A DNA stretch of 64,000 nucleotides from the human T2T-CHM13v2.0 reference genome, Homo sapiens (GCF_009914755.1 NC_060944.1), one strand, 5' to 3'. Counted from the first letter of the stretch, positions 1-20,702 are shown. Made by a program: numbers and translations. Notes: generated by a model not told the origin, from the sequence alone.

Positions 1-199
1 AGGAGCTCTTGTCACCTTCAGGCCTTTTTTGCTCTACTTCCCCTCCCAGTTCACAGAGCCTTCTGGCACACCCTGCTACCCTGGCCGCACTGTCTGCCTT
101 TGTTACCTCACCATGCCCTCTAGACCACAAGTTATCTGCAAAGTTGTCTTTCTTGATTCATCCAGCTCACTTCTGACCTTGTCCTTTGGAATCTCAGCT

Positions 200-930
200 G
201 TGCTAGCACATCTTTGAGCCAGAAGCCTGAGAGTCACCTTTGATTCCTTCTCTTTCTAACTAGCAAGTCCTGCCTGTGCCACCTCTAAGAGGCATCTTAC
301 ACCCATCTGCATTTCACTTTACCTTCCAGAAGGTGGGTACTGTAAGCCACTGCCATCTCTTTCCTGCACTGCTAGAGATCAGGCTCTGCAAATGCTCCCA
401 GCCACCTGTCCTTTGGGCTCTATGCAGGAGCAGAAGCACTTATAAGCACGAGCTGGGACTGCCATTGACAGCCCTCATTTATCCCTGTGGTTCGCTTCCT
501 TTTGTGCTTTCTCTGACTCCTGCCTCCCTCATGACATTTTGTCGTGCTGTTGTCTCCGCCTCACTGGCCTCCCCCGAACCAGGTGAATTATTTTGTAACT
601 TAGAAACTTCACACCATAAACTTTGCTCTCTGCTTGGAACTTGCAGCCCTTAACTTTCCTGTACCCATTCTTGTCTTTATGGAGTCAATTTTCTTATCAT
701 TGTTCCTGCCTGAAGTTTCTCCCTCTTTCTTCAGTTCTCTACTACTGCAACTCTTTCCTTCCTAGATCTGCCCATATATACTGAGGAGTGATTTGTTTAT
801 GTATTGATGATCTGTTTCCCTGTCTAGATTGTAAGCTCCATGGGGACAGGAACACAACTATCAAGTCCATAGCCACATTCCTAGCATTCGTCACAGGGCC
901 CAGCACAACAGCATGGGACATATTTGTCGA
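200..930 (+). mobile_element. L2 LINE fragments including 3' end
   Basis: 'cctgagagtcacctttgattccttctc' and 'ctagattgtaagctccatggggacagg...cccagcac...atatttgtcgagt' resemble the L2 3' consensus; boundaries approximate. Confidence 0.6.
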
Positions 931-2060
931 GTGGGTTTAGATGGGATTGCAGGTTATATCTCCACATCTAAACTGGATCGTGAGGGCTAAAAGGACAGCC
1001 ATGCATCATCTGTTTCTGTGAAATATGTTATACCAAGAGCATTCACATTGTAGGAACAAAGTGGATGTTAATGTGATACATAGCTGTTGACTGAATTATA
1101 GTAGCCCTCACAAAACCTTGGCTCCTAGGATTAAGACAGTGCATTGCATTGGATTGGGCATTGGAGACTGGCCATGGGGTGTATGAAAAGGGGAAATGGA
1201 TCATAAGACAAGTTAGGACAACAGTTTCTATGATCCAATAAATTCATTGAAAGAAATATGTGAGCATCTTGGTTAAAAAAGAAAAAGAGAAGAAAAAAGG
1301 AACCAGGAGGAAAAATGGAATCAGTGTATTTCTCTCTCTTTTTTTTTTTTTTGCCCCCTCATCTCCTGTCTTTTCCAAAAATCTTTCTAGGTTTCCTCTG
1401 TCACATCCGTATGAAGTGTAAATTATAGTTTCCAATATAAATGGCCATTTTCAGCAAATTTTAGCAAGGAACAAAATTTCATTTGAGACTGAAATTTGGC
1501 ATCCCTTTGCCTCTTCATGCTGGGAACTATTTTTTGTCTTTACAAAATGCAATGAGACATAAATCTTTTTGCTTTTATTTCTAAATGATACTACACCAAG
1601 CCGAAAATGCACTGGGAAAATAGGAATGCCTCCAAGCTCGGGCCAGCCTTTGCAATCCTAATTCATAGTGCGTGCTGTTATACAAGGGAGAAATCAGATC
1701 AGGGTCCTATAAAAATGTGAGGCTATTTTTAATTGTATGTACTCACTTCCAATCCCATTCCTCTCCCTGCAAATTTCGTTTTACCCTGGCACTCCTAACT
1801 AACTACATTGCCACCCACAAAGAAGCCTGGTACACTCAACAGCTAACACTTGATTTGACACCATTTAGGAGGCTGGCAACTCCAAAAGCATATGGAATAT
1901 TCCAGATGGATTCCCAGGGACATTTGGCTCCAGGTTTCTCATGTTGGGGAACACAGTTGGCACATGGAGCAGGCCAGTTCTTTATGGCATCCCATCCAAG
2001 GCAAGATGTTGGTTGTCCCTAGACCCCTGACATTACATGCCAGTTGATGCCTCCCAGTCA

Positions 2061-3348
<1,288 letters not shown>

Positions 3349-4687
3349 ATGGGGAGAAACCAGAGCAGAAAAGCTGAAAATTCTAAAAATCAGAGCGCCT
3401 CTTCTCCTCCAAAGAAATGCAGCTCCTTGCCAGCAACGGAACAAAGCTGGACAGAGAATGACTTTGACGAGTTGAGAGAAGAAGGCTTCAGATGATCGGT
3501 AATAACAAACTTCTCCAAGCTAAAGGAGGATGTTCGAACACATTGCAAAGAAGCTGAAAACCTTGAAAAAAAGATTAGATGAATGGCTAACTAGAATAAA
3601 CAGCATAGAGAAGACCTTAAATGACCTGATGGAGCTGAAAACCATGGCATGAGAACTATGTGATGCATGCACAAGCTTCAGTAACCAATTCGATCAACTG
3701 GAAGAAAGGATATCAGTGATTGAAGATCAAATGAATGAAATGAAGCGAGAAGAGAAGTTTAGAGAAAAAAGAGTAAAAAGAAATGAACAAAGCCTCCAAG
3801 AAATATGAGACTATGTGAAAAGACCAAATCTACGTCTGATTGGCGTACCTGAAAGTGACGGGGAGAATGGAACCAAGTTGGAAAACACTCTGCAGGATAT
3901 TATCCAGGAGAACTTCCCCAATCTAGCAAGGCAGGCCAACATTCAAATTCAGGAAATACAGAGAATGCCACAAAGATACTCCTCAAGAAGAGCAACTCAA
4001 AGACACATAATTGTCAGATTCACCAAAGTTGAAATGAAGGAAAAAATGTTAAGGGCAGCCAGAAAGAAAGGTCGGGTTACCCACAAAGGGAAGCCCATCA
4101 GACTAACAGCGGATCTCTTGGCAGAAACTCTATAAGCCAGAAGAGAGTGGGGGCCAATATTCAACATTCTGTTTTTTTTGTTTTTTTTTTTGAGACGGAG
4201 TCTCGCTCTATTGCCCAGGCTGGAGTGCAGTGGCGTGATCTTGGCTCACCGCAAGCTCTGCCTCCCATGTTCACACCATTCTCCTGCCTCAGCCTCCTGA
4301 GTAGCTGGGACTACAGGTGCCTGCCCCCACGCCCGGCTATTTTTTTGTATTTTTAGTAGAGACAGGATTTCACCATGCTAGCCAGGATGGTCTCGATCTC
4401 CTGACCTCATGATCTGTCCACCTTGGACTCCCAAAGTGCTGGGATTACAGGCATGAGCCACCATGCCTGTCCTCAACATTCTTAAAGAGAAGAATTTTCA
4501 ACCCAGAATTTCATATCCAACCAAACTAAGCTTCATAAGTGAAGGAGAAATAAAATCCTTTACAGACAAGCAAATGCTGAGAGATTTTGTCACCACCAGG
4601 CCTGCCTTACAAGAGCTCCTGAAGGAAGCACTAAACATGGAAAGGAACAACTGGTACCAGCCACTGCAAAAACATGCCAAATTGTAA
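3349..4687 (+). pseudogene. L1 ORF1p remnant (RNA-binding chaperone); stops, frameshift and Alu insertion
   Basis: ATG at 3349; ORF track pieces KRPNLRLIGVPESDGENGTKLENTLQDIIQENFPNL and [12 protein letters not shown]...QKHAKL*. Confidence 0.95.
4171..4472 (-). mobile_element. AluY inserted in L1 ORF1
   Basis: AluY-type diagnostics 'gcaagctctgcctcc...ccattctcc' and 'agccaggatggtctcgatctcc'; TSD tcaacattct at 4161-4170 and 4473-4482. Confidence 0.93.
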
Positions 4688-4750
4688 AGACCATTGATGC
4701 TAGGCAGAAACTGCATCAACTAATGAGCAAAATAACCAACTAACATCATA

Positions 4751-8598
<3,848 letters not shown>

Positions 8599-8847
8599 AC
8601 AATGAGAACAGTTGGACACAGGAAGGGGAATATCACACACCAGGGCCTGTCGTAGGGTGGGGGGAGGGGGAGGGGGGAGGGGGGAAGGATAGCCCTAGGA
8701 GATATACCTAATGTAAATGACGAGTTAATGGGTGCAGCACACCAACATGGCACATGTATACATATGTAACAAACCTGCATGTTGTGCACATGTACCCTAG
8801 AACTTAAAGTATAATAATAATAATAAAAGAAAATTATTTTTATTCAT

Positions 8848-9369
8848 GTACAAAATGGAGTACTATTCAGCCATCAAAAAGAATGAGATCCCATCATTTG
8901 CAAGGACATGGGTGACTGGAGGTCATTATGTTAAGTGAAATAAGCCAGGTACGGAAAGATAAATGTCACTTGTTCTCACTTACTTGTGGAATCTAAAAAT
9001 CAAAACAATTTAAGTCATGGAGATAGAAAGTAGAAGGATGGTTACCAGGGGATGGGAAGTATAGTAGGAGGCCGGGGTGGGGGAGGTGGGGATGGTTAGT
9101 GGGTATAAAAAAATAGAATGAATAAAACCTAGTATTTGATAGCACAAGAGGGTAACTATAGACAGTAATAATTTAACTGTACATTTAAAAATAGCAAAAA
9201 GTATAATTGAGTTGTTTGCAACACAAAGGATAAATGCTTGAGGTGATGGAAATCCCATTTACCCTGATGTGATTACACATTGCATGCCCATATCAAAACA
9301 TCTCATGTAACCCATAAATATATACACCTACTATGTACCCACAGAAATTAAAAATGAAAAATAAAAAAA
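8848..9369 (+). mobile_element. L1MA (L1MA1-3-like) 3' end
   Basis: 'aatggagtactattcagcc...gaatgagatcc' through 'ctatgtacccacagaaattaaaaatgaaaaataaaaaa'. Confidence 0.85.
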
Positions 9370-10392
9370 GGTTCAATCCACTCAAAAAATAATAAATAAA
9401 TAAATCAAACTTTTTGCAGGCATCTCAAGATGAAGGTTTCCTATTTGTGATTATGAAAAAAATGTCAAGAACAAGTCCCTTGGTGTTCTTAGACCGAAGT
9501 CAGAACAACAGACCTAGTAAGTATTCTCTCAGCATTCATTACATGTTAGCAACCTTCAAAGCAGTTTGTGTTCCCTCATATGGTCCTCCATGAGGTAAGT
9601 ATCAGAGCTATAGTAAGATCTATTTAACAGTGAGACCCAAATGTGTCCCAAGACCACTCAGGATTGCCCTGGTAACCCTGAAGCTCGAAAATCCCTGAGA
9701 TCAAGACTGAAGGAGTCTGTGTTGTTCCTCCCTGCATGCTTCTTCCTTGCATGTCCCTTTTTCTTCCCTTTCTGTATCCTTTCTTCCCCATCTTTAATTT
9801 CTTCATTTCCAATGGTTTCCTGCCTCTTTCCAAAATCACTTAATCTGTGGAAATAAACTGAATTTTCTATTTGCTAGTTACAGCATTAAACAATGAAAGC
9901 TAGATGGGTATTCACCAAATTTAGAGGGTATAGTTTGGAATATTTGGTCATCTAGTTTCTGTAGAGTTGATGAAATTCATTTTGTGGTGGTGGCAGGGAC
10001 CTGAGAGAGATGGACTGTGGTAACTCCAGTGTGGCTAAAACAGGTTCAAGAGGAAGCCTGTGTGACTGTCAATCAGAGGAGGGATGGTTCATATCAGGGT
10101 GACATGGTCAGAGTAACAAACAGTGCTTTCAAGGCAAGCTCTGATTCAAAAGCCACAAGGGCGGATGCAGGGAGGCCAGGAGCTGATCTGCAGTTGAGCT
10201 CCTTCTTCCTGGGCAACTCTATGTGGCATCCTCCAGTGAAGGCATCAGGAATCTCTTTATTTAATAATGTTTAATGATTCTCCTGTGCAAATGTGTATTA
10301 GGGCCTGCTCTGTAATTGTGGGATGGGGTGGAGGGATAAGTAAGAAATGACCCCAACTCTCTAAAATTTCACATCCTGGCAGAGCAGACTGA

Positions 10393-10927
<535 letters not shown>

Positions 10928-10929
10928 GG

Positions 10930-11495
10930 TCATGTGTACGCCAAGTCCACTGGCTCCAAGCCCAGGACAGCACCAGGAGTTGCCCAGGAATTGCAACCTT
11001 TGTAGCTTAGACTGCCTTTCAAGTTTATTTAGGACCCAGAGCACTTTAGCTCGTGGTGGTGAGGCTAGCCAGAATTTAAGTTCTGACCCTGGGATGAACA
11101 GTTTGCCTCTGGCTAGGGCTCATCTAAATGCCGCCTTCATCTATGTTGGGTGAGTTTCTGTCAAGTGTTGCTTTCCGCTGTGACAGGGCTACACTGAGTT
11201 CCAATGCAAAACCCCATCATCACTGCACTCTGCCTCCTCCAGCACACACATTCTCTCTCAATGTCATGTGGCCACTGTGGGGGGAGACAGGTGGGGTGGT
11301 GTAGGCAATTCAAAACTGTCTCTCCTACCATCTTCAGTGCCTCTTTCCTTGATATGATATTAAAATTGGGCACTGCGATTACTCAGATGAGTTTCAGTCC
11401 TTATGAAGGTGTTTTCTTATGTGGATAGTTGTTCAATTTGGTTTTCCTCTGGGGAGAGGCGGGATGATCGCTGGAGAGTTCTATTTGGCCTTCCT
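10930..11495 (-). mobile_element. Isolated L1M (L1M1/L1MA-type) 5'-end fragment
   Basis: 'caagtccactggctcc...ctagactgcctttcaagtttatttaggac' type sequence ending 'ttctatttggcc', the reverse complement of the L1 5' terminus. Confidence 0.7.
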
Positions 11496-12194
11496 TCTTC
11501 CTTTCTTGAGAGAAGGTGCTCTGAGCTTAAATTATGCTAATATATGAATGCAGAGAGAAGAGAAAGAGCAGGTGCAATGAGGCAGTGAAAGCCTGAAATT
11601 AGCCGCAAGAAGGGTAAAAAGTGCAGTAATTCAGTAGAGGCTGAGAGTAACTGAGTCATCACAAAGCCAGGAGCACAGGGGAGAGCACAGAGCATGCCGG
11701 CTTTGGAGACACAGGTCCCAGAGCCATTACAGCATCCACAGGGCTCCTGTTGGATAAGTTGCATCTCCTTTGATCAGGGGTGTGAGGCAACTTCTATTTC
11801 CTTCCTTCCCTTTGTATTCTTACAATAAACTCGAATACCTCAGGTAACACAAGCACATACCTGTGCCTCCTACCAAGAAAATAAATACCTCGATGACGTC
11901 GGGTTGTATTATATAATTGTGGGGAAGAAGAGAAGGGAAAAAGGAGAGACATTAGCTCACTTTTTGGGGAAAATCCTTGCTTTGCTGAGGTGGGTAAAAC
12001 ATTTAAAAGTTAATCTGTTAAAGGAACTGGAATTCTCTGGGCACATGCCAACCCGCAGCTGAGACGTGGTCTGGAATTGTGTGACTAAGTAAAATGGTTC
12101 ATAGGAAAAGGTTTGCCTCTGTGTCAACAGGCAGATGATTCGTAATTCATCAAGATTTAGCCAAGACAATAAGAGAAATATATGAGCATTGCAA

Positions 12195-12486
12195 AGGACT
12201 CATCTCAGGCATCACCTTCTCAGGGGAAGACTCTTCTAACACCCTTCTTCCCTGCGCAAGACCTAGTGTCATCCCATTCCTCCAGGGCCCCTAACACTCC
12301 TGATGCACTTCTCTCTTTGATCATACTGCATCGGATGGTACTCATCTATTTACTCATTTCTCTTCACTGGGCTATGGGATCCCTGGAGGCAGGGACTATG
12401 TTTAATACGTCTTGATATCCCCAGCCACTAACCAATGGCCTCCATATAGTAGGCACTCAATAAATTGTTGAGTGAGTAAATGAGCA
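12195..12486 (+). mobile_element. L2 3' end
   Basis: 'ggaggcagggactatg...atagtaggcactcaataaattgttgagtgagtaaatga'. Confidence 0.8.
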
Positions 12487-13310
12487 AATTGACTCCTACA
12501 GTTTACCTCACGTACTTTTTAAGGAGGGGAAAAGAATCCATTTTAACTCGAGTATAGGTTTTCTTTCCTGAAGAGCATATGGATAAAGGACAGCTACTGA
12601 TTTCTTCAGAGGGAGAAAAATGATAGAACAGGCCTCCATGCTATATTTCAAACTCATGTCAAGTTTTCTTTTAAAAAAATGTCTGTCCACCAGCAGTCAT
12701 ATCATTTTTCAAATTTCATGTCGTCCATTTTCTGAGGCTGCCCATCTGTCATTTTACGCAGAGAGTATCCATCATGATAGAAGCTAAATAATTTTCAAAG
12801 CCGTCAAGGAATGGACACAAAAAAGGTCCCCATTTCATCTGAACAAAGTTGTCCAAGGCTGGCGGTGAGGATATGACTGGGAAAGGACAGATGGCACCCT
12901 GGGAGTGCCTCTCAAATTGGTTCCAAATGGAACAAAGAAAAAATTCATTTGAGAAACTAGACTTCAGTCCTTCATGTTTTATGTTACACATGCACCTATC
13001 AGTACCATAATTAGGTAAGAGTTTATTTAGAGCAAGTGTGTCTGTAAAAATAAAATTCATTTTTTCTAATGATTATGTTTTCCTTTAAACATAGTTATGT
13101 ATATAGTTTTTTCTAATTTTAATCTTAAGAGTGAATCATATTTATTTGCCGAATACAGAAAAGTGTAAGGTGGAAAGTAAAAATCACATATTATTGCATT
13201 ACACAGAAGTAACCATTAATACTGTTATTTTTGATGCATTTTTTTAGTCACATACACGTTTGTACACACACACAATGTATATATGCATATTTATATATTT
13301 TGAGACAGTT

Positions 13311-13814
<504 letters not shown>

Positions 13815-13982
13815 TGAGTATATATATATGTGTGTGTGTGTGTGTATATGTGCATAAACTGTAGTATTATTTACAATTTTGGTATTATATTCTTTATGGA
13901 ATTTCATATCCTGCTTTTCTCACTAAATTATATCTTAAATTATTTTTTATGCCATTAAGTATTCTGGGAAACATGATTTTTT

Positions 13983-16900
13983 TTTTACTTCAAATGTTCA
14001 CGTTCTTTTTGATTTTTAAAATTTTATTTTTTAATTGACAAGGAATAATTATACATATTCATAGGGCACATAGTGATTATACATATTCATAGGGCACATA
14101 GTGATGTTTCGTTATGTGTAATGGATAGTGATCAGATCTGGGTAATTGGCATATCCATCATCTTAAACATTTATCACTTCTTTGCATTGGGGATGTTCAA
14201 TATCCTCCTTCCAGCTATTTGAAACTATAATATATTATTGTTACCTATAGTCATCCTGTAGTGCTATAGAACACTAGAATGTATTCCTCCCATCTAGCTA
14301 TACTTTTGTATCATTTAACAATTCCCTCCCTATTCCCTCATCCCCCTACCCTTCACAGCCTCTTGTATCTTCTGTTCTACTTTTTACTTCTATGAGATCA
14401 ATTTCCTTTTTTAGCTTCCATACATGAATGAGAACATGTGGTGTTTAACTTTCCGTTTCTGGCTTATTTCACTTAACATAATGTCCTCCAGTTCTATCCA
14501 TGTTGCTGCAAATGACAGGATTTCATTCTTTTTTATGAATGAATAGTATTCCATTGTGTATATATACCACATTTTCTTTATCCATTCATCTGTTGTTAGA
14601 CACAGGTTGATTCCCTATCTTGGCTATTTTGAGCAGTGCTGCCATAAACATTGGAGTGCAGCTATCTCTTTGATTTAATGATTTTCTTTCCTTTGGATAG
14701 ATTCCCAGTAGTGGAATCATATGGTAGTTCTATTTGTGATTTTTGAGGAAGCTCCATACTGTTTTCCATAATGGCTGTACTAGTTTACATTCCCACCAGC
14801 AGTGTATAGGAGTTCTTTTTTACTCTGAATCTTTGCCAGTATTTGTTATTTTTTTTCTCTTTTTGATAATAGCTATCCTACCGGGGTGAGATAATACCTC
14901 ATTGTGGTTTTCGTTTGCATTTCCCTGATAATTAATGATGTTGAGCATTTTAAAATACATTTGTTGGTCATCTGTGTATTTTCTTTTGAGAAATGTCTGT
15001 TCGGATCATTTGCTCATTTTTAAATTGGATTGTTTGTTTTTTTTTTTTTTTTGCTGTTGAGATGTTTGGATCCCTTGTAAATTCTGGACATTAATTCGCT
15101 GTGAGATGAGAAGTTTGCAAATATTTTCTCCTATTTTAGACGTTGTTTTTTCACTATGTTGTTTTCTCTTCTTTTGGAAGCTTTTTAGCTTGATATAATC
15201 CCTTTTGTTTATTTTTGCTTTTGCTCTCTGTGCTTTTGAGGTCTTAATTCATAAAATATTTTTTCTGACCAATGTCTTGAAGTGTTTCCCCTGTTGTTTT
15301 CTTTCAGTAGTTTTATTGTTTTGAACTTTATATTTAGGACTTTGATCCATTTTGAGTCCATTTTTGTATAGAGTGAGAGATGGGGGTCTAGTTTTATTCT
15401 TTTGCACATGGATCTCTGGTTTTCCCAGCACCACTTATTGAACAGACTGTCCTTTCCCCCAAATGAGTGTTTCGGTACTTTTGTAAAAAATCAGTTGGCT
15501 GTAGATATGTGGATTAATTTCTGGGTTCTCTGTTCTGTCCCATTAGCCTATGGATCTATTTTTATGTCAGTACCATGCTATTTTGTAATATATCTTTAGG
15601 TCTGGTAGTGTGATACCTCCAGCTTTGTTCTTTTTGCTCAGGATTCCTTTGGATATTCAGGATATTTTGTGGTTACATCCAAATTTTAGATTTTTTTTTC
15701 TATTTCAGTGAAGAATATCATTGGTATTTTGATAGAGATTACATTGAATCTATAGATTGCTTTGGGTCATTTTAACAATATTAACTCTTTTGATAAATGA
15801 GTATGGAATATTTTTCCGTTTGTATCATCTATAATTTCTTTCATCAATATTTTACAGTTTTCATTGTAGAGGTCTTTTACCTCATTGGTATTTAATTTCC
15901 TAGGTATTTAATTTTTTAGTAGCTATTTTAAATGGGGTTACTTTCTTGATTTCTTTTTCAGCTAGTTGTTTGTGTATAGAAATGCTACTGATTTTTTTTA
16001 TTATACTTTAAGTTCTGGGATACATGTGCAGAACATGCAGGTTTGTTACATAGGTATACACATGCCATGGTGGTTTGCTGCACTGATCAACCCATCATCT
16101 ACATTTTGTACAATAATTTTATATACTGCAACTTTACTGAATTTGTTTATCAGTTCTAGTAGTTTTTTTGGTGGAGTTTTTAGTTTTTTCAAATATAAGA
16201 TCATATCTTCAAACAAGAATAATTTGGTTTCTTTTTTCCTAATTTGGATGTCTTTTCTTTTTTTCACTTGCCTAATTGCCCTGGTTATAACTTCCATGCT
16301 ATGTTGAAAGACTGGCGAGAGTGGGCATCTTGTCTTGTTGTAGTTCTTAAAAAAGAAGCTTTCGGCATTTCCCTATTCAGAAACATATTAGCTATAGGTT
16401 TTTCATGTATCCATTTATACCTAATTTATTAAACATTTTTATCATTAAGGGATGTTTGAATTTTATCAAAAGATTTTTCTTCATCTATTGAGAGGATCAT
16501 ACGGTTTTAGTTCTTTTTTCTACTGATGTGATGTACAATGTTTATTGACTTGTATATGTTGAACCATCCTTGCTTCCTAGGATAAATCCCACTTGATCAT
16601 GGTGTGATACCTTTTTGATGTACTGTTAGATTAGGTTTGCTAGTATTTTTTTGAGGGCTTGTTCATCTATGTTTGTCAGGAATATTGGACTGTAGTTTGC
16701 ATTTTTAAGTTTGTGTTCTTGTCTGGTTTTGATATCAGGTTTATGCTGGCCTTGTAGGATGAGTTAGGAAGAGTTTCTTCTGCTTCATTTTATAGAATAG
16801 TTTGAGAACTGGTGTTAATTCTTCTTTAAAGTTTCAGTAGAATTCAGTGGTTAAGCCATCTGGTCCTGGACTTTTTTGTTGGAAGACTTATTATTACTGG

Positions 16901-19900
16901 TTCAATCTCGTTACTTGTTATTGGTGTGTTCAGGTTTTCTATTTCTTCTTGGTTCAATCTTGCTAGGTTGTATGTGTCCAGGAATTTATCTATTTCCTCT
17001 AAGTTTTCAAATATGTTAGTGTATAGTTGTACATAGTAGTCTCTAGGGATCCTTTATATTTCTGTTGTATCTGTTGCGACATCTTTTTTTGCTTTTGATT
17101 TTATTTTGGTATTCCCTTTTTTCATAATCTAGCAAATTGTTTATTTTATTTATCTTTTTAAAAAACTGACTTCTTGTTTTGTTAATCTTTTGTAAGTTTT
17201 TTAGTTTCAGTTTTGTTTATTTTTGTTTTGATATTTATTATTTTTTTATTCTGCTAATTTTAGGTTAGGTTTGTTCTTGCATTTTTAGTTCCTTGAGATG
17301 CATCAAGTGGTTTATTTGAAATAGTTCTAATTTTTTATGTAGGCATTTTTTGCTATAAATTTGCCTCTTAATACTGCTTTTGCTGTATCTCATAGGTTTG
17401 GGTATACTGTGTTCTATTTTTATTTATTTCAAATAATTTTTAAATTTCATTCTTTATTGCATCCTTCACCCATTGGTCATTCAGGAGCATGTTGTTTAAT
17501 TTCCATGTATTCATATAGTTTTGAATTTTCATCTTGTTATTAGTTCCTAGTTTTATTACATTGTAATCAGATAAAATATTTGATATGATTTTAAGTTTTT
17601 AATTTTTTTTTGAGACTTGTTTTGTATCCTAACATATGGTCAATCCTGAAGAATGGAGTGTTGTAGTCACCAAATATTATTGTATTGGGATCTATTTCTC
17701 CCTTTAGATCTAATAATATTTGCTTTATATATCTGGGTGCTCCAGTGTTGGGTGCATATATATTTATAATTGTTATATTCTCTTGCTGAATTGATCCCTT
17801 TATTATTATTTAATAGACTTCTTTGTTTCTTTTTACAGTTTTTGACATGGAGTCTGTTTTGTCTGATATAAGTATAGCTACCTCTGCTTACTTTTGGTTT
17901 CCATTTGGGTGGAATATATTTTTCCATTCCTTTATTTTCAGTCTATGTGTGTCTTTACATGTGAGGTGAGTTTCTTCTAGGCAGCATATAGTTGGGTCAT
18001 GTCTTTTATCCATTCAGTCAGTCTTTATCTTTTAAATGGGGAATGTAATCTGTTTACATTCAAGATTATTATTGATAGATGAGGGCATACTCTTGTTATT
18101 TTACTGATTGTTTTTTAGTTGTTTTGTATATCCTTCATTACTTACTTCCTCTCTTATTGTTAATTTTTGTGATTGGGTGGTTTTTTATAGTGATAATGTT
18201 TAATTTTTTTCCTCTTTGTCTTTTGTGTACTGGTTCTCCCAGTGAGTTTTATAGTTTTGCATGTTTTCATGGTGGTTAGCATCTTTTCACTTTTTAATGT
18301 AAGACTCTGTTGAGCATTTCTTGTGTGGCTGGTATGGTGGTGAAGAATCCCCTTAGTTTTTGCTTGTCTGTGAAAGATTTTATTTCTCTTTCATTTCTGA
18401 AGGATAGCTTTGCTGATTATAATATTCTTGGCTAGCAATATTTTTCCCCCAGTACTTTGAATATATCATCCTGTTTTCTCCTGGCCTGTAAGGTTTCTGT
18501 AGAGAAATGCATTATTAGTCTAATAGGGATTCCTTTATACGTGACCTGATGCTTTTCCATTGTTGTTTTTAGAATTCTCTTTTTGTCTTTGACTTTTGAC
18601 AATTTGACTGTAATATGGCTCAGGGTAGACCTTTTTAGGTTGATTCTATTTGGGGATCTTTGAGCTTCCTGGGCCTGGATATCTATCTCTCTCCTAATAC
18701 TTGGAAAAATGTTAGCTATTATTTCATAAAATATGTTTTCTATACTCTGTCTCTTCTCTTCTCCTGGAACACCCATAATGTGATATTTGTTACTTAATGA
18801 TGTCCCATAAATCCTGTAGGCTGTCTTAATTTTTTTTCTTGTGTCTGCCTGTGTTATTTCAAAAGACCTTTCTTCAAGTTCAGAAATTTACTCCTCTGCT
18901 TGATCTAGTCTTTTACTGAAACTCTTGATTATATTTTTAATTTCATTCATTGAATTCTTAGCTCTAGGGTTTCTGTTTGGCTCTTTTTTCATGATAGCAA
19001 TCTCCACTGAATTTCTCATTCATATCATGAGTTGTTTCCTAATGTCACTGAATTGTCTGTATTCTTATACCTTACTGAGTTTTCTTGATTATTATTTTGC
19101 ATTCTTTTTCTGGCATTTCACATATTTCGTTATGATTGGGGTCTGTTACTGGAGAATTATTGTGTTCCTTTGCAGGTGTCATTTCCTTGCATTTTTTATG
19201 TTTGATATGTCATGTTAATTTCCATGTATCCAGGGGAAAAGTCACCTCTTTCAATTTTATGGTGTAGAGTTTGAAGAGAAAGTTTGATTCATAATGATGG
19301 GTCTTGGAGGGTCAGTTTGGTGGGGTTTGTTGGCTTTGGTTTTATGTGAATGCAGTAGTGCAGTCTCCATGTAGTTTCTTCAGCTGTAATCCATGCTAGT
19401 GATGTTTGTGAGTGTCTCAGTGACATATGCTGAGGAAATATGTAGTGTGATTGTATGGCTTTGCTGGGGGTGGGATTGCTGGGCTGTTTCTCAGGTCAGG
19501 GGCGTGTGAGTGCTCAACCTAGGACCTGCCTTGCTAGGGTTGCAGTCATGGGACTGTTACTCTGGCTATGGGCATGGATGCACAGTTGCTTGGCCAATGT
19601 GGGAGCATGCCTGCTAGGGGCAGACCATAGGGCTTTTTCTCAGGCTCTGGACACAGTTGCAAGGCTGCTTGGCTTGCCTGTCAGTGTGTCTTCCTTCCCA
19701 GGGTTGTTTCTCAGGTCTGGGATGCAGGTGCAAGGCTACCTGATCAGCCTGGGGAGTGTCTTTTTGGGGAAGCTCACAGGGATGCTTTTGCAGCTCAGGA
19801 TGTAGGCGCACAGTTGCATGGCTGACATGGGGTTATGCCTGTCAGGGGCAGCCAACAGGGCTGTTTCTCAGGCCCAAGATGGGGGCACATAGCTTCTTGA

Positions 19901-20702
19901 CTGGCTTAGGGGCATGTTAGCTGCTTGGTGGCTGAGGGAACTCTCCTGCTCAGGAGAGGGCACACAGCAGTTTGGCTGGCTCAAGAGTGGGTTTGCCCTG
20001 GGTGGAATGGCCAGGCTGTTTCTCTGGCTGGTAGTATAACAGCAGAAGGTTGGTTTCCCTGATGTGGAGGACCGGACTCACAGCCAATCTTGGGCCCATG
20101 CTCCATGTGGCTGGAGTTGTGGTGTCCAGCAACCATTGTAGCATTGGTGGAATGAAGATGGATCCCCACTGCTGGAGAGGCTACTGGACCCCAGAGCAGT
20201 GTGCACTCCAGAGGCAGCTCTGGTCTCAAGATGGCACCATGCTGCAGCAGTTTGGTTCATGGGGGTGGGGTGGGGGTGGGAAGTGTGGAAGTGCATACAC
20301 ATTGTGCTCCTACTCTGGGGCAATGCAGCTGCGTGAATTCCCAGCAGCTCTCCAAGCCAGACTCAGGACTGTGAGATTCCTCTGCAGTAAGAACTGTAGG
20401 TGTTTGTGGTGGTGATAGGGGCTGGTGGGGATCTTCTGCTTACCTTTTTCCTGCAAGGGGAAATCCCTTCTGAATCTGGGCAGATCTGATCCAAGTGGGG
20501 AAAATGAGGCTGCAGAGGCCAGATTCCTCCATGCTGCCCTCCTGGACTTCCAGTCACTACAGATGTGTCTCCACTCCCCCACTGCACTCCAGTACTCTCT
20601 CTTCAGCACTCCAGAAAATCTTAGCCATTCATTGCCATTGTCCTTTCTTGGGGGATGAACACTAGGCCTCTCTAGTCAGCCACCTTGCTGACGTCAATCT
20701 TT
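13983..20702 (-). mobile_element. Apparently full-length ancient LINE-1 (L1MA3-like), degenerate
   Basis: 3' end 'aattgac...gatagtgatcagatc'; ORF2 remnants ([31 protein letters not shown]-type region); ORF1 remnant at 18432-18776; GC-richer 5'UTR ending 'tagtcagccaccttg'; TSD gaaacatgatttttt at 13968-13982 and 20703-20717. Confidence 0.88.
15993..16104 (-). mobile_element. Short L1PA7/8-like 3' end nested in the L1MA
   Basis: 'ttattatactttaagttctgggatacatgtgcagaacatgcaggtttgttacataggtatac...cccatcatctaca'. Confidence 0.88.

Noticed and set aside
9533-9600. Plus-strand candidate exon ending in GAG|GTAAGT
   Set aside because: Isolated consensus splice sites occur often by chance; no partner exons or ORF support
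12749-12890. Protein-like minus-strand stretch SPPALDNFVQMKWGPFLCPFLDGFENYLASIMMDTLCVK* after a plausible acceptor
   Set aside because: No recognisable homology, and its phase does not match the 69-nt candidate exon; not called as CDS
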